Positions 24,101 to 35,600 of a stretch of DNA of 64,000 bases are shown here, one piece after another. The stretch covers positions 5,952,001 through 6,016,000 of the forward strand of contig JBHGNT010000016.1 in the NCBI GenBank assembly GCA_043228905.1. The letters are read 5' to 3'. Each line of letters starts with the position of its first letter. Position 1 is the stretch's first letter. The notes under the pieces are model-generated. The model saw only the letters and a program-made list of their open reading frames with translations, searched no databases and had not been told where the DNA came from. The position numbers and the translations under genes were made by a program. The DNA is from Azolla caroliniana. Its lineage: Eukaryota; Plantae; Polypodiophyta.

Positions 24101-27015
24101 GCAATGGAGCCGAATATCCGAACATGTGATAGGTTCGGCTTCTTTCCGAAGAATCTTTCGTGCGGAGTGACCTCGTGCACGCCGGATGTTGTGCACCGGT
24201 TCATTAGGTAGACGGACGTATTTGCCGCTTCGGCCCAATATGACTTGGGCATATGCTTCTCGTTCATCATGGCCCGCGCTACTTCGAGGATGTGCCGATT
24301 TTTGCACTCGGCTACTCCGTTTTGTTGCGGAGTGTGTCGGCAAGTGAATTCTTGCCGAATTCCTTCCTTTCGGAGATACGCCGTGAAATCATCCGAGAAG
24401 TACTCCTTGCCGCCATCCGATCGAAGGCATCATACATGTCGGCCCGTGGCTTTCTCGACTTCATTCTTAAACTTTTGGAAGTGTCCGAACACTTCGCTCT
24501 TTTGCCGCATCGGATAGATCCAAGTGTGCCTAGAAAAGTCATTGATGAAGAGCACGTAATATCGGCATCCGCCGAATGTCGCCGTTTGGGCCGGACCCCA
24601 TACATCGGAATGAATTACGTCGAGTACGCCTTTGCTCACATTCCGCTCCTTCGGGAATGGGTGTCGGTGTTGCTTGCTGAATTGGCACGCTTCGCATACA
24701 CCTTCAATCTCCTTCTCTTTGAATGTCGGGAGTCCGATAACGACTCCTTTCGATCTCATTGCTTTGAGTTTGTTGAGATTGATGTGGCGGATTCGCTTAT
24801 ACCATAGTTCTATGTCGGAGTCGACTTTCGTGCTTTTCGCGAACATGGCGGATTTCATCTCATGCGAATCGAAAATGAACATCCAGCCCTCTCTTCTTCC
24901 ACATGTGATGATTCGGCCTTCTTTTTTTTTGAAGCACCCTTCTTGGTCGAATCGTACTTGCATCCCTTGCTCAACCATTTGGCCGACTGAGACCAAATTC
25001 TTTGTGATGGTGGGAACATGCAAGACATTTTTAATGTATGTTTGCTTACCTCTTTCGCCGAACGAAACATTGCCGATGTGCCGAATCGGGTGCGTAGTGT
25101 CATCTCCGGTTTCGACATAACTGGGTCGCTCCGGCTCTCGAAGTTTGAGAAACCATTCTTTATGGGATGTCATATGGTTTGAGGCTCCGGAGTCTACAAA
25201 CCATACACTAGTTGAGGTAGAGGCCAACATAGAGTTTGCTCTATGTTTCATCATGAACATTCCGCCACGGTCGGAGTTCCATGCATACATTCCGCCACGA
25301 TCTTCGTAGTCGGAGTTGTTCCTGTACATTCCGCTATACTCTTCGTAGTCGGAATTGTGTGCGTAATTCGTGAGTTGTCGGCTTGTGGAAGCCGATTCAC
25401 GCATCTTCTTTCGGCACTCTTCTTCGTGGTGGCCGAGCTTTCCGCAATATCCGCATTCGGTTGCGTTTTGACGGCTCGGACCGGATTGGAAGCTCCCTCT
25501 TCTTGCGAAGGTTCCTCGTTGGCCTCCGTTTTGCGGCCGAAATTGGGAGTTGTTGTTGTAGGTCAGACCTCGTCCGCCTTGTCCTTGGCCGAATCAACCT
25601 CTCGCTCGTCCGCGTCCACTTCCTCCATTAGAGTGTGTGTAGAGCATGTGTCCTTCCGACTCATTGCTCCTTGTATGCACGTGGTTTTCTTCAACCAATA
25701 GCATTGATTGGAGCTTGAAGAAGGAGGGAGATTTCTCCCGTGCTAGAACGGCGGTTCGCATCACGCCGAACCGTGGTGCGAGGCCGCCGAGGCATATTTG
25801 CACCATCTCATCATCATCTATACTTACACTTATTGAGCCGAGCGAGTCACAACGCTCCTTGATCTTCAAGGTGTATGTCGTGATGGACATGTGCCTTTGT
25901 TGAATGTTGTTCAACTCTTGGCAGAGTTTAAGCTTCCTCGCGGTCGTGTTGGCGGGGAAAATCTTTCGTAGATTTTCTCACACTTCCTTCGGCGTCTTGG
26001 CTTCTCGAATGTAACCGAGCATGTGGTCGTGAACACATGTCGCCAAACAATACATCACGCGGCTTGCGACTTGCTCCAATGTCGCGTATCCGGGAGCCGC
26101 TTCGGCGGGTCGGTCTTCATGCGCTCCTTTGATGTAGCTCCAATAGCCTTGTCCGACAAGGTATTGGTGCATCTTGTACTCCCAAGATGCGAAGTTGTTT
26201 CGATCCAACTTCTCGGTAGGGAGAGCGCTCCCCATTTGAGTATTCATTATATCGATTTTTCTTCTTCTTCTTCTCTCTTCAAATGCGAGCTATGTAGCGA
26301 AGCTACGATAGCTATGAGCCGGTTCTTGGTCGTTGGCGTAGAGCACAACACACGATCACGATGAGGCGAATGGGCTAGATCGAGCTACCAAATCACTCTG
26401 ATACCATGTAAAGAATCAAGAGATGGATTCTTGTGAAGCGGAATAGGTGTGAACTGTGTGTGTATGTGTGTATGAGATAGAGAGAGAGACACAGAGTATA
26501 CGCAAGGTTGAGTATATTAGCAAAGGAGAAAGACTCAACATTATACAAGATAGGAGGAGGGTGCTTTATGTAGTCACCCTCTCTCTTCATTAACTACAAG
26601 GCTCATGGAGCATGGCGAATGTGAAAGCTCATAAGTTATGTGTCACAGAATATGATTTTATGACTCATACTAAATGCTAGAATACAAAGTGGTGACATAA
26701 TGGCGACTCTTGACCGTTGAGGTGTCTCTTCACTCTCAAGGTGAGTTCACACACTAGACCAAGTTGAGCTTGATTCTCAACACCCCCCATAGTAGCACTT
26801 GAAAGTGACTTTTCGGTTGTCGTTATGCTTATCCAATACAACGATGATATTTTGAGCACGGCAGAAATGGTCCTTGATAAAACTGATCAGAGCCCCTCTC
26901 TCGGTGAAGGTTTTATCGATAATTGAAGCTGAAGACGCTTGTTGAGACATGTTGTTGAACAAGGTGAGAACTATCAAAAATTGTAAAAACAATGGGGGGG
27001 CAAATAGCGCTTTCC
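21150..27015 (-). mobile_element. Non-autonomous Mutator (MULE) derivative, about 430 bp once the nested copia is removed
   Basis: 20-bp TIR GGAAAGCGCTATTTGCCCCC / GGGGGCAAATAGCGCTTTCC; flanks TAAAAATA / TAAAAATC. The rejoined ORF FTERGALISFIKDH..KVTFKCYYGG|KYRNPLGLTDDTRKRQTRT resembles the FAR1/MULE transposase N-terminal domain. Confidence 0.75.
21354..26782 (-). mobile_element. Ty1/copia element B, near full length and young
   Basis: LTRs 26407-26782 and 21354-21720; TSD CCCCC; PBS TGGTATCAGAG. Gag KLDRNNFASW with zinc knuckle; protease WFVDSGASNHM; integrase IHSDVWGP; RT QMDVKNAFL..YVDDL; RNase [14 protein letters not shown]. Several frameshifts. Confidence 0.96.
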
Positions 27016-29299
27016 TAAAAATCAAAGTAAAATGAAAATTACATCTTTAAATCTAACCAACCAACATAAAAGAGTTACTACCCAACCCTAACTAACTAAC
27101 TACATTCACCCACATCTTGGTAGTGGTTTCACACCATCCAACTCTACACATTATAATGACCTCACAAACACATCCTCTCCATCAACCATCTCTTCACCAC
27201 ACTTACATACATTTAATACCTTACCACTGTCTTTATCCATTTTGTCGACCTCTAATCAACATGCTCTTGAAAGCCCTCAAACCCATCAAATCATGAATCC
27301 GCATTTCATCTTGAATCACCCGACATCACTAGTGATTTTTCAATCAACTCAAAATCACAATCCTCACAAGACTATCCAAACCCATATGATAACGACTCAC
27401 CACCTCGTCGTACGCGCTCCTTGTCCGATATCTATAAGGAACTCGACCAATTTGAGGCACACTTTGTGGACCTCGATATGGACGCTCTCATAATTGAAGA
27501 AGAGTCGGATACCACAAATGAATTGATTATTACCATTAGAGAAGCGTTGTCTGGTTCCGATGGCCCTAAATGGAGAGCAGCCATGGAAGAAGAGATGACA
27601 GCCTTATTAAAGAACAAAACTTGGAGCCTTGTTGATCCACCACCTGATCGACAAATTGTTAGTTGTAAGTGGGTTCTTCGAAAGAAGACCGATGCTAATG
27701 GAAATATTATGTGTTTCAAAGCTCATCTCGTAGCTCGTGGTTTTTCGCAAATACCTGGAATCTACTTCAAAGATACATTTAGCCCTACATTGTGAAGTAT
27801 AACATTTATCATATTTGTCTCTCTTGTCGTCGAACTTGATTTGGAACTCCATCACTTAGATGTTCAAACCGCTTTCCTTCACAGAGAACTTGAAGAAGAG
27901 ATCTATATGCAACAACCACCGCATTTTGAAGATTCAACTCGACCAAATGTTGTATGTCGCCTACATCGATCCTTATACGGTCTGCAACAATCTCCATGAG
28001 TTTGGTATCATTGACTTCATAATTTCCTAACTAACAATGGTTATAAAAGATTAAAGAATGAACCAAATGTATACATTAAAAGAGCTAAAAATAATTTCAT
28101 CATAATTGGTGTTTATGTCGACGCCTTACCTCTACTTGCCAACTCACTAGCCTATCTACAACTTGCGAAGAAGGAACTTCAACAAGATTTTCCAATAACT
28201 GACCTTGGTCCAATGAAGTATTTCCTTGGAATGAACTCACAAAGAGATCGTGTCAAAGGAACCATTTCTCTTTCCCAAACTCAATACATTGAAAGTGTAT
28301 TGAAATGTTTTGACATGCTACATTGCAAGCCTATCTCTACACGCATGTCAACTCCATGCAAATTATCAATCGAAGATGCTCCAAGAACTATTAAAGAACA
28401 AGATGAAATGTGCAATGTTCCTTACAAGCAAATTCTTGTATGTATACGCTACCTTGTTAGTTGTACACGTCCTGATTTATGTTTCACTGCTGGAATTCTT
28501 TCAAGATTTATGCAGGATCTCGGACCAAAACATTGGCAAGCTTTAAAACAACTACTACGTTACCTAAAACGAACAAAAGATATGGTGTTGACTTACTCTA
28601 GATCGCAATCAAAGTCCGTCAACATGAATCTTGAAGGATGGACCAATCCATCACAATTGTCTAGTTGGACGGATTCAGATTGGGGAGGGGATATTGATGG
28701 TTGTAAGTCAACAAGTGGTTTTATATATTGGCTCGCCGGAGCCGTTATAGCATGGAGGTCTAAGAAGCAAACAATGGTCTCTCTATCTTCAACAGAAGCT
28801 GAATATGTAGCTGCCGCACTCGTTGCTAAAGAAGGAATATGGATTCATTCTATACTTGAAGAACTTAACTTGTTTACGACTTCAAAGCTAATCCTTCATT
28901 GTGATAATCAATCGTGTATAAAGTTAGCTTGTAATCCAAAAATGAGTGATAATATTCAACATGTCTCTTTCAAGCATCATTTTCTATGAGACTTAATCGA
29001 AGAGAAGAAGTTAGATTTGAAGTATGCGTCTACAACACTAATGTGGGCCGATTTTCTAACAAAGTCAATACCTCAAACAAAGCATGCCGCTTGCTGCGGA
29101 AAGATTGGTCTAACAATGCCAAACTATTCTTCGAACGACAATACTTTTGAATAAAATAATATTTAGCTTAAGGGGGGGTGTGGAAATATTTAATCTAAAT
29201 ATTATATTACTATTCTTATTAAAAATAAGTAATTACGAAGAGTTATTTATTAAGAGACATAACTTTTTGTACATCGGCTCTACAAAAAAGAGATTATCG

Positions 29300-29679
29300 A
29301 GAGTACTCGGTACTTGTATCTGTGGGTTACTTTTTAATCGAATATAAATACTTGTGGGTAACTTCAGTGTTTTGTCTCGTCTATATTCCGTTATATATAT
29401 ATATATTCATACAAGTTCAGCCTATGTAGCCGTAGTCTCTAAGGATCGGTTGTAGCCCATCCCGCAGTGTGTCCTTCTGAATTTCACAGTCGTAATCCCA
29501 TCCAAGGGGACAGTCTAAAATAACAATCACAAGTAAGGGAAGGTCTTATACCCCATAACGACTCAGCTAACGGTCTCGGCAAGGCGTCGGGACCATAACT
29601 CTCCTTCGCACCACAATACCTTGACCCGATTTCTTGGGAGGAGTAATCGAAGGTGTTTTCTACAGGAGGGAGTAACAAC
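29300..29679 (+). mobile_element. Second copy of the gypsy-type LTR seen at 14780-15353
   Basis: Colinear homology (CATACAAGTTCA..GTAGTCTCTAAGGATCGGTTGTAG..TCCAAGGGGACAGTCTAAAATAACAATCACAAG..GAAGGTGTTTTC) with many substitutions. Confidence 0.8.
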
Positions 29680-30368
29680 GTTCGCCACACACACACGAAG
29701 TTTACTTAAGGAAAACAATAGAAGTGATGGAGTGCTCAATATTTCCTCACAAAAACGTGAAGGGGGTTGGACCCCTTTGATGATTTACCCACAAAAGTGG
29801 GACCAACACAAGAAAACAAGAAATGTGGTGGTGTAGCCAGCTTGCAAAACATTTTTCCTCGTGTGTTGGTTGAATATTAGCTTGTGACAACTAGTCATCA
29901 CACTATGTTTTGATAATTGAGAGGAGGAGGTGCAACAGGAGTGGAATGGGGCAACTTCGAGAGAAGGAGATAACAAGAAAGTCTTTTGGTGAAACGAAAC
30001 ATCAATAGAAAAACATAATTCTAACACTATATGTGAGGGAATAAGCAAGAATTACGTGGGTTCAAAGAATGAGAAGAGAACTCTAAGATAAAAATAAAAT
30101 AACTAGTGAATGTTCCCTCAAAGGTGCACACACACACACACACACACATGTAATGTTTATGTCAATCTCCTACGTCTACTCGAAGGAAGCACATGTTCTG
30201 GTTGTTGATTGAGAGAGAGAGAGAGAGAGTATGTGAATGAATTGGTCTGGGGTAGGATTGAGTTTGTATTGTTTAGATCCCCACAAATCTAAAGTTTGTT
30301 GTAAGTTAGACATGGTGGTATTTTTGGTTTGTAATGAGAGGCATTATTTACGAAACGGAAAGAAAAGA

Positions 30369-30408
<40 letters not shown>

Positions 30409-30884
30409 TACGTGAGTTGAAGACTAGAGTGGTACGTGAGTTGAAGACTAGGTAAGACTACCGCTTGAAGCTTTTAGAAATCCTTTAAATATGTTGTGTA
30501 TCAATGCATATATTGTGAAATCCAAATGCCATGTTGTTGGGACCTTAAACTTGGTTCGAGAGATGCCTATAAATTAGAGGTTAGTTGCGCTACACAACAC
30601 AATACAGTTCATCGCGAGTTAGGAATGAGATCAGGGCCCCGAAATATAGCCTATGTTGGGAGTTGGGTACCCAATATATATTTGCATGGGTGTTGGGTCC
30701 CTTTCACACAAGGTTTTCCATGACCAATATATAATAGCATCCATCCACCCTATATATATGTATATGTATACCATGCCTTTAGAAAGTGGCATATTTGTCT
30801 TGCCTTAGAAATCCTTGGAAATTAGCTCTTCAATTAATATCCCAAAGTTCAAACAATATATAATGGCATTGATTAGGAAATAAA

Positions 30885-31050
30885 TTATCCCCTAATTGTA
30901 GTGATTAGGATATATCTATCCCCTAATTTTAGAGATTAGCACAAACCATTAAATGGGTTTTCATGGTTAGGACATATCTATTCCCCTAATTGTAGAGATT
31001 AGGATTTAAGTATCCCCTAATTGTAAAGATTAGCATCAACTATTAAATGG
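30885..31050. repeat. Degenerate tandem repeats (ATCCCCTAATTGTAGAGATTAG) directly upstream of the DUF1645-like ATG
   Basis: Four copies of CCCCTAATT..AGATTAG and two of ATTAAATGGGTyTTCATGGTTA; the second of these supplies the ATG. Confidence 0.75.
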
Positions 31051-32357
31051 GTCTTCATGGTTATGTATTTGATGATTCTCCCCATAGCATTCCTGATGCT
31101 CCTAATCTTGATTGTTATGGTGACATTAATCATACTTCTGATCCTAATCATGATTTTTCTGATGCTAATTACCATGATGATTGTGGAGAAGATCATACCT
31201 TCACATTCAAAAGCACAGAAGAAGAAGCCACTTGTTATATGGCTATGCATGCGGATGAACTATTTCACAACGGTAAGATCCGAACGTTGATCCAACTATC
31301 TATAATCGACCGCCCAAATGATCGCATCTTATATGCATTCGATCGACCCGGAAATTACTACCTTGATTATTGTACCTCTAATGGAGGCCTTAATCATCTC
31401 GAAAATATCAATAATTGTTGCATTGGTCACTCAAATCATCATGGGATTAATGACAATTGCTACATCAATCACTCATTACATTACCATGGGGCTAACCCCG
31501 ATAGTGACATTTATCATTCGAGTACTCATCGAGGAATTATTGCTAATCATGGCATTAACCACTCAGATAATCATAGGGTTTGTGCTAATGAAAGCAATAA
31601 TTACCCAATTTACAATGATATTAGTATGAAGGAAGGAAATAATTGCTCGAGTTATTGTGGAATTAGAGGTAATATTAATGGGCATAGCAATTATTGCTTG
31701 AATTGCAATCATTCAAATGATAACAATGACAATAATAAACATTCCCAAGGATTTAGTGCGAATCCCGACCTCGACATTTCAAAATATAACGGATTCAAAA
31801 ACTTGTCCCAACACAACCCAGATTGCAATATTAATGGTGCATATTGCTCATTCAAAGATCAAGGCAATGAGATTATTGGCGCTAATCATGAGCCGGGTGA
31901 GATTAGAGCTAATTATGGAGGGATTAATAGTGATAAGGATGTCATTTACTACGGGATTAAAAGTGCCAATGACATTAATGCTTACAAAGAGTTAAGCTCA
32001 AATTCAACAAAATGTGTTTTTTCCGAGGGGACAAGATCTCCAACTCTATCGGAGATGAAAGGTATGGATCCAAAGAGATCGGCATTCCAAGATTTCCTTG
32101 GGGCAAATCCATTTCTTGTACTTAAAAAGAGGGATAAGTTAATTAGGAATGTGATTAAGGATAAGCATGGGGAATCATTAACTAAACCTAGCAATGTGAC
32201 CAAAGGGAGAACTAGTAGTATTGAATGGAGGTTTCCATTGAAGGATCACAACAACAAGAAAAAGAACAACAACAAATCATCACCACAAGATCCATTGGAA
32301 AAGAAGAAGGCATTCCTTCCTTACAAGCATGGTCTCTTTGCATGCCTCTACCACTAG
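31047..32357 (+). CDS. Intronless DUF1645-like plant protein with a long Asn/His-rich low-complexity middle
   Basis: 436-aa intact ORF in AT-rich DNA. N-terminal FTF..ADELFHNGKIRTL and C-terminal KKKAFLPYKHGLFACL match the recalled DUF1645 motifs ADELFxxGKIRPL and KKTFLPYRxGLxGCL. Confidence 0.72.
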   Translation: MGLHGYVFDDSPHSIPDAPNLDCYGDINHTSDPNHDFSDANYHDDCGEDHTFTFKSTEEEATCYMAMHADELFHNGKIRTLIQLSIIDRPNDRILYAFDRPGNYYLDYCTSNGGLNHLENINNCCIGHSNHHGINDNCYINHSLHYHGANPDSDIYHSSTHRGIIANHGINHSDNHRVCANESNNYPIYNDISMKEGNNCSSYCGIRGNINGHSNYCLNCNHSNDNNDNNKHSQGFSANPDLDISKYNGFKNLSQHNPDCNINGAYCSFKDQGNEIIGANHEPGEIRANYGGINSDKDVIYYGIKSANDINAYKELSSNSTKCVFSEGTRSPTLSEMKGMDPKRSAFQDFLGANPFLVLKKRDKLIRNVIKDKHGESLTKPSNVTKGRTSSIEWRFPLKDHNNKKKNNNKSSPQDPLEKKKAFLPYKHGLFACLYH

Positions 32358-32823
32358 AACTCCCAACCAAAGTTGTTATAGGTATTGATTAATCCATTAA
32401 AAGCTAATCATTTTTTTTCAATCATATGTTTTCCATCTGATCATTCTTTTATATTGATCCGTACCATGTAATCTCATGATTCGTCACATTTTTGTAGAAT
32501 GTAATCCAAAAAACATTTTGTTGTAGCAATACTTTCGTCGCAAAGCTTGATTTGATCCATTAACTCGAATTTCAATGCTGTGAAAATAATATTCATGCGA
32601 TTGTCCGTGAACACTTCACAATTTCAATCACATTGCCCAAAGTTCATCTATTGTTTTCCTCATTCCATTGTGCTTTTCATCCATTTAAGTTTTACAAACA
32701 CTTTGGGTTTGTCAATCACAATTGCATAACTTCGTGATTGTATCGCAATTCTTACTATGGATATTCCAAAGTCTTTGTGGTGCATCGATTAGCATTCATG
32801 GTGTCGTATCCATGGCAAATGTT

Positions 32824-32876
<53 letters not shown>

Positions 32877-33367
32877 TACGTACGTATGTATGTATGTATG
32901 TTGCTTAAGATTCTCGATTCATAACTATGGTGTGACAATTTCAAGTTTGTGCTTGTCTTTTTTTAGCCAATGCAAAATTTCATCGATAGAAACATTTCTT
33001 TCTTATAGGCTTTTGCAATGCCTTTGTTATTTCTTGATCACACATTACTCACCCATAAATGTTTTATATGCCATTGGTTTTACCAACATTCCTAACCTTG
33101 ATATTATAACTTGGAACTCACGCGTAGCATGTAGGTTTAATCAAACAAATTGCATCATACCACACACTCGAATTGTTTTGGTCTTGGTGGGACAACCAAC
33201 CAAGCTACAACACTTTGTGTAACCTTGTAAAAATTATTGAATATTGTTATGGAAGGTAGTACAAGGTCCTGGTGAGTCATGGAGTTAGTAATGAGTTTAC
33301 TTCTAAAAAAGATGTTAGATGGGACTATCAATTTGTTGTCCATGGGACAAAAAGATAAATTGTTAAA

Positions 33368-33862
33368 TGTAATACGCTGGTAGGTAAGGCTAGTAGGTGA
33401 GGAAGGTAGAGTTTAGGAAAACGCCGAGTTTCGAGCCTCACAGTCAGCCGACGGCTCGGCTCTGTATGAAGAAAAAGTATGTAAACCGAGGTCTGCGTAC
33501 CTCGACAAGGGGGATACCTAGATCATTCTGAGCGAAAGTAATATCATAGGAGCAAGCTCTGTACGTACTGTTTCCGGCTGAGGCCGAGTACTGTAATCGT
33601 TGTAAGCTTTATCATGGAATATAAGTTTCGTCTTTTCTAAACTTCTATTTGTGTATTCTCCCCGTACTCGTAAATTGGGCTACGTTCATACTTAACGGGT
33701 TGTAGCCCGTGTACGATCCTTGTTCTCCTCTCTTTTTCTCTGTGTAGAAGAAGCTTCCACGTAACACGATCCCTTGACACCGATAGCTTGTGGGCTCATC
33801 GAAGGTGTTTTTCAAAGGAACAGATAACACAATTTGGCACGACCGGTTACAATTTGGCACCC
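33368..33862 (+). mobile_element. LTR-like remnant with PBS-like tail, related to the 14.8/29.3 kb LTR family
   Basis: Ends ATCGAAGGTGTTTT...ATAACACA ATTTGGCACG, the same terminal architecture as 15320-15365; GC-richer than its flanks; no clean TSD. Confidence 0.55.
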
Positions 33863-34210
33863 ACTAATAATCAACGCCACACACTGAATATAACTCCTTC
33901 CCTTGTGCATTGAATACATTTACTTTCCTTATACTCCTATGTTTCCTTGCCAGTCTTTCCACAAGTTTTACACCTACATAAACTCCCTCCCCATTTTTCC
34001 CACTCTTCCTAATATATTCAAAATTTAGATTTATACTTCATGAATATTGTGGTTTTTGAATCATTAGAATGATGAGCTACTTATCCCATCCCATGTCAAG
34101 CTCCAACTAGCTCTTTGATGTGAGAGACACAGTATTGATTATCACTCCGATCACAATGCATATAGTCATCCCCATGTATGAAATAATACCTATTTGTTGC
34201 ATACACTGAA

Positions 34211-34295
34211 CTCAATCGACACATGTTAACATTCATCCCACAACCCCACCAATACTATCGTTGGGGGATGAATGTGTTAACATGTGTCGATTGAG
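34211..34295. repeat. 85-nt hairpin
   Basis: CTCAATCGACACATGTTAACA.TTCATCCC pairs with GGGATGAA.TGTTAACATGTGTCGATTGAG: a 21-bp perfect stem plus 8 bp after a 2-nt bulge. Confidence 0.85.
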
Positions 34296-35169
34296 GAGGT
34301 TGATCTGAGCAATAGTCAAAACCCATGGCTATCGTTGAAATAAGAGGAAACATGAGACTTACATAGAAAATGGAGTGGTGGCAAAAATACAAACTCTATT
34401 ACTTAGTTCTCTTGTATTACATTATATGTCAATGAGGTGTCTATGTGTGAGCAATCTAAAGGGGCGCGACTCATTGACAAGTACCACAACAATATTAAAG
34501 CTCTACCATATGTTATTAGCTTGGGACCCTTGTGAACGTACACACAAAGTGTACATGTATTAGCACATGCACACCTGCCAACCATAAAGCGCAAACATGC
34601 TCACCCTTGACCTTGGGAGCTAGACTAAAAAACTTGATAGATCTGTCAAGCTTTTGAGCCTTGGAAGTAACCTTTGAGCCCAAACATGCTTGCCTTCTTG
34701 TACCACCAATAATAGAATTGCTTAACCAATGCATGTTCACATGCTTAATGCCGATCCAAATGTTTAGGGATGTAATACACCCTCTTGTCATTTTCATTGT
34801 TCTCCTCAGTAGCGTCAAGACAAAATGTTTGGGAATTGAATCCTACATAGGTTCAAGCAACTCCTAAATTATCTCATCCTCAAAGAGATGCTTGTATTTA
34901 CCTCATGAGTCATAGTTCAAGATAAGACACGTGACAAGTATTGCATGTTTTTGGTTGATTGATTCAGTTCTAATTTTGGGATGTATTGTGCATCGTCCTC
35001 TATATGCATCATTTCCTTTTATTGCCCACGAGTTACCATGTCATTGTATCGAAGTTGTTTCCCTATTTGCAAGATTTATAGGTCGTGAGATCCTTCTTCA
35101 TTCATTGTATAAACGGTAACATGCAAAGGCTATATGTATAGGTTGTGAGATCCTTCTTTATTCATGTAT

Positions 35170-35600
35170 TTTTATCACTTTGAGAAATATGCATTGCTTA
35201 GACAATAACATGGGAATCTCCATGTTTGGATTCTATTAAAATCATTTTGTAATTGTGGAGTAATTGCCTTGTCTATCTTTAGGTACACCCACATACCTTT
35301 CGTGGAGTAAATGTGGCCAGTGGTGTTGGTTTGCACAAAACTTGACATGATCTTGAATATTTGTAATTCAAACTGTAACAATTTTTAGCTTTTCATGCAT
35401 ATCTTATGGGAAATCAGTAAATCATATGGTGAGTGTGGTTTTGGTTCAAATCCATACATTATCATAAATGCCTACCATTAAATTATTGGAGTGGTATGTG
35501 TGCAAATTGGATCCTGGGACATAACCCTCCCATCTTTCCCCACTATTGGAGTTGTGTATGTTCTACTTAAGAATTAGGAAAATGTTCATGTCAACAACAC
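35170..35600 (-). mobile_element. Possible highly decayed gypsy integrase C-terminal relic
   Basis: Minus-strand peptides IMYGFEPKP..DL and G.WVYLK resemble the integrase tail; many stops. Confidence 0.3.

Larger units (their letters stand above)
17907..29288 (+). mobile_element. Ty1/copia element A (degenerate; interrupted at 21150-27015; 3' LTR truncated)
   Basis: 5' LTR 17907-18231 (TGTGGAAATATT...CTACA) then iMet PBS TGGTATCAGA. Gag zinc knuckle CNICKRLGHTPQEC; protease WYLDPGATNH; integrase LVHSDICGPF; RT KWVLRKK..AHLVARGFSQIPG; RNase H DSDWGGD..KSTSG..SSTEAEYVA. PPT AAGGGGGGG precedes the 3' LTR at 29179. Confidence 0.93.

Noticed and set aside
24253-25701. Long plus-strand ORFs (184, 162 and 152 aa)
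   Set aside because: Antisense shadows of the GC-rich copia B pol.
31057-31995. Overlapping hydrophobic Ile/Met/Leu-rich ORFs in the +1 frame
   Set aside because: Expected by-product of the AAT/CAT/GAT codons in the Asn/His/Asp-rich main frame; broken by stops.
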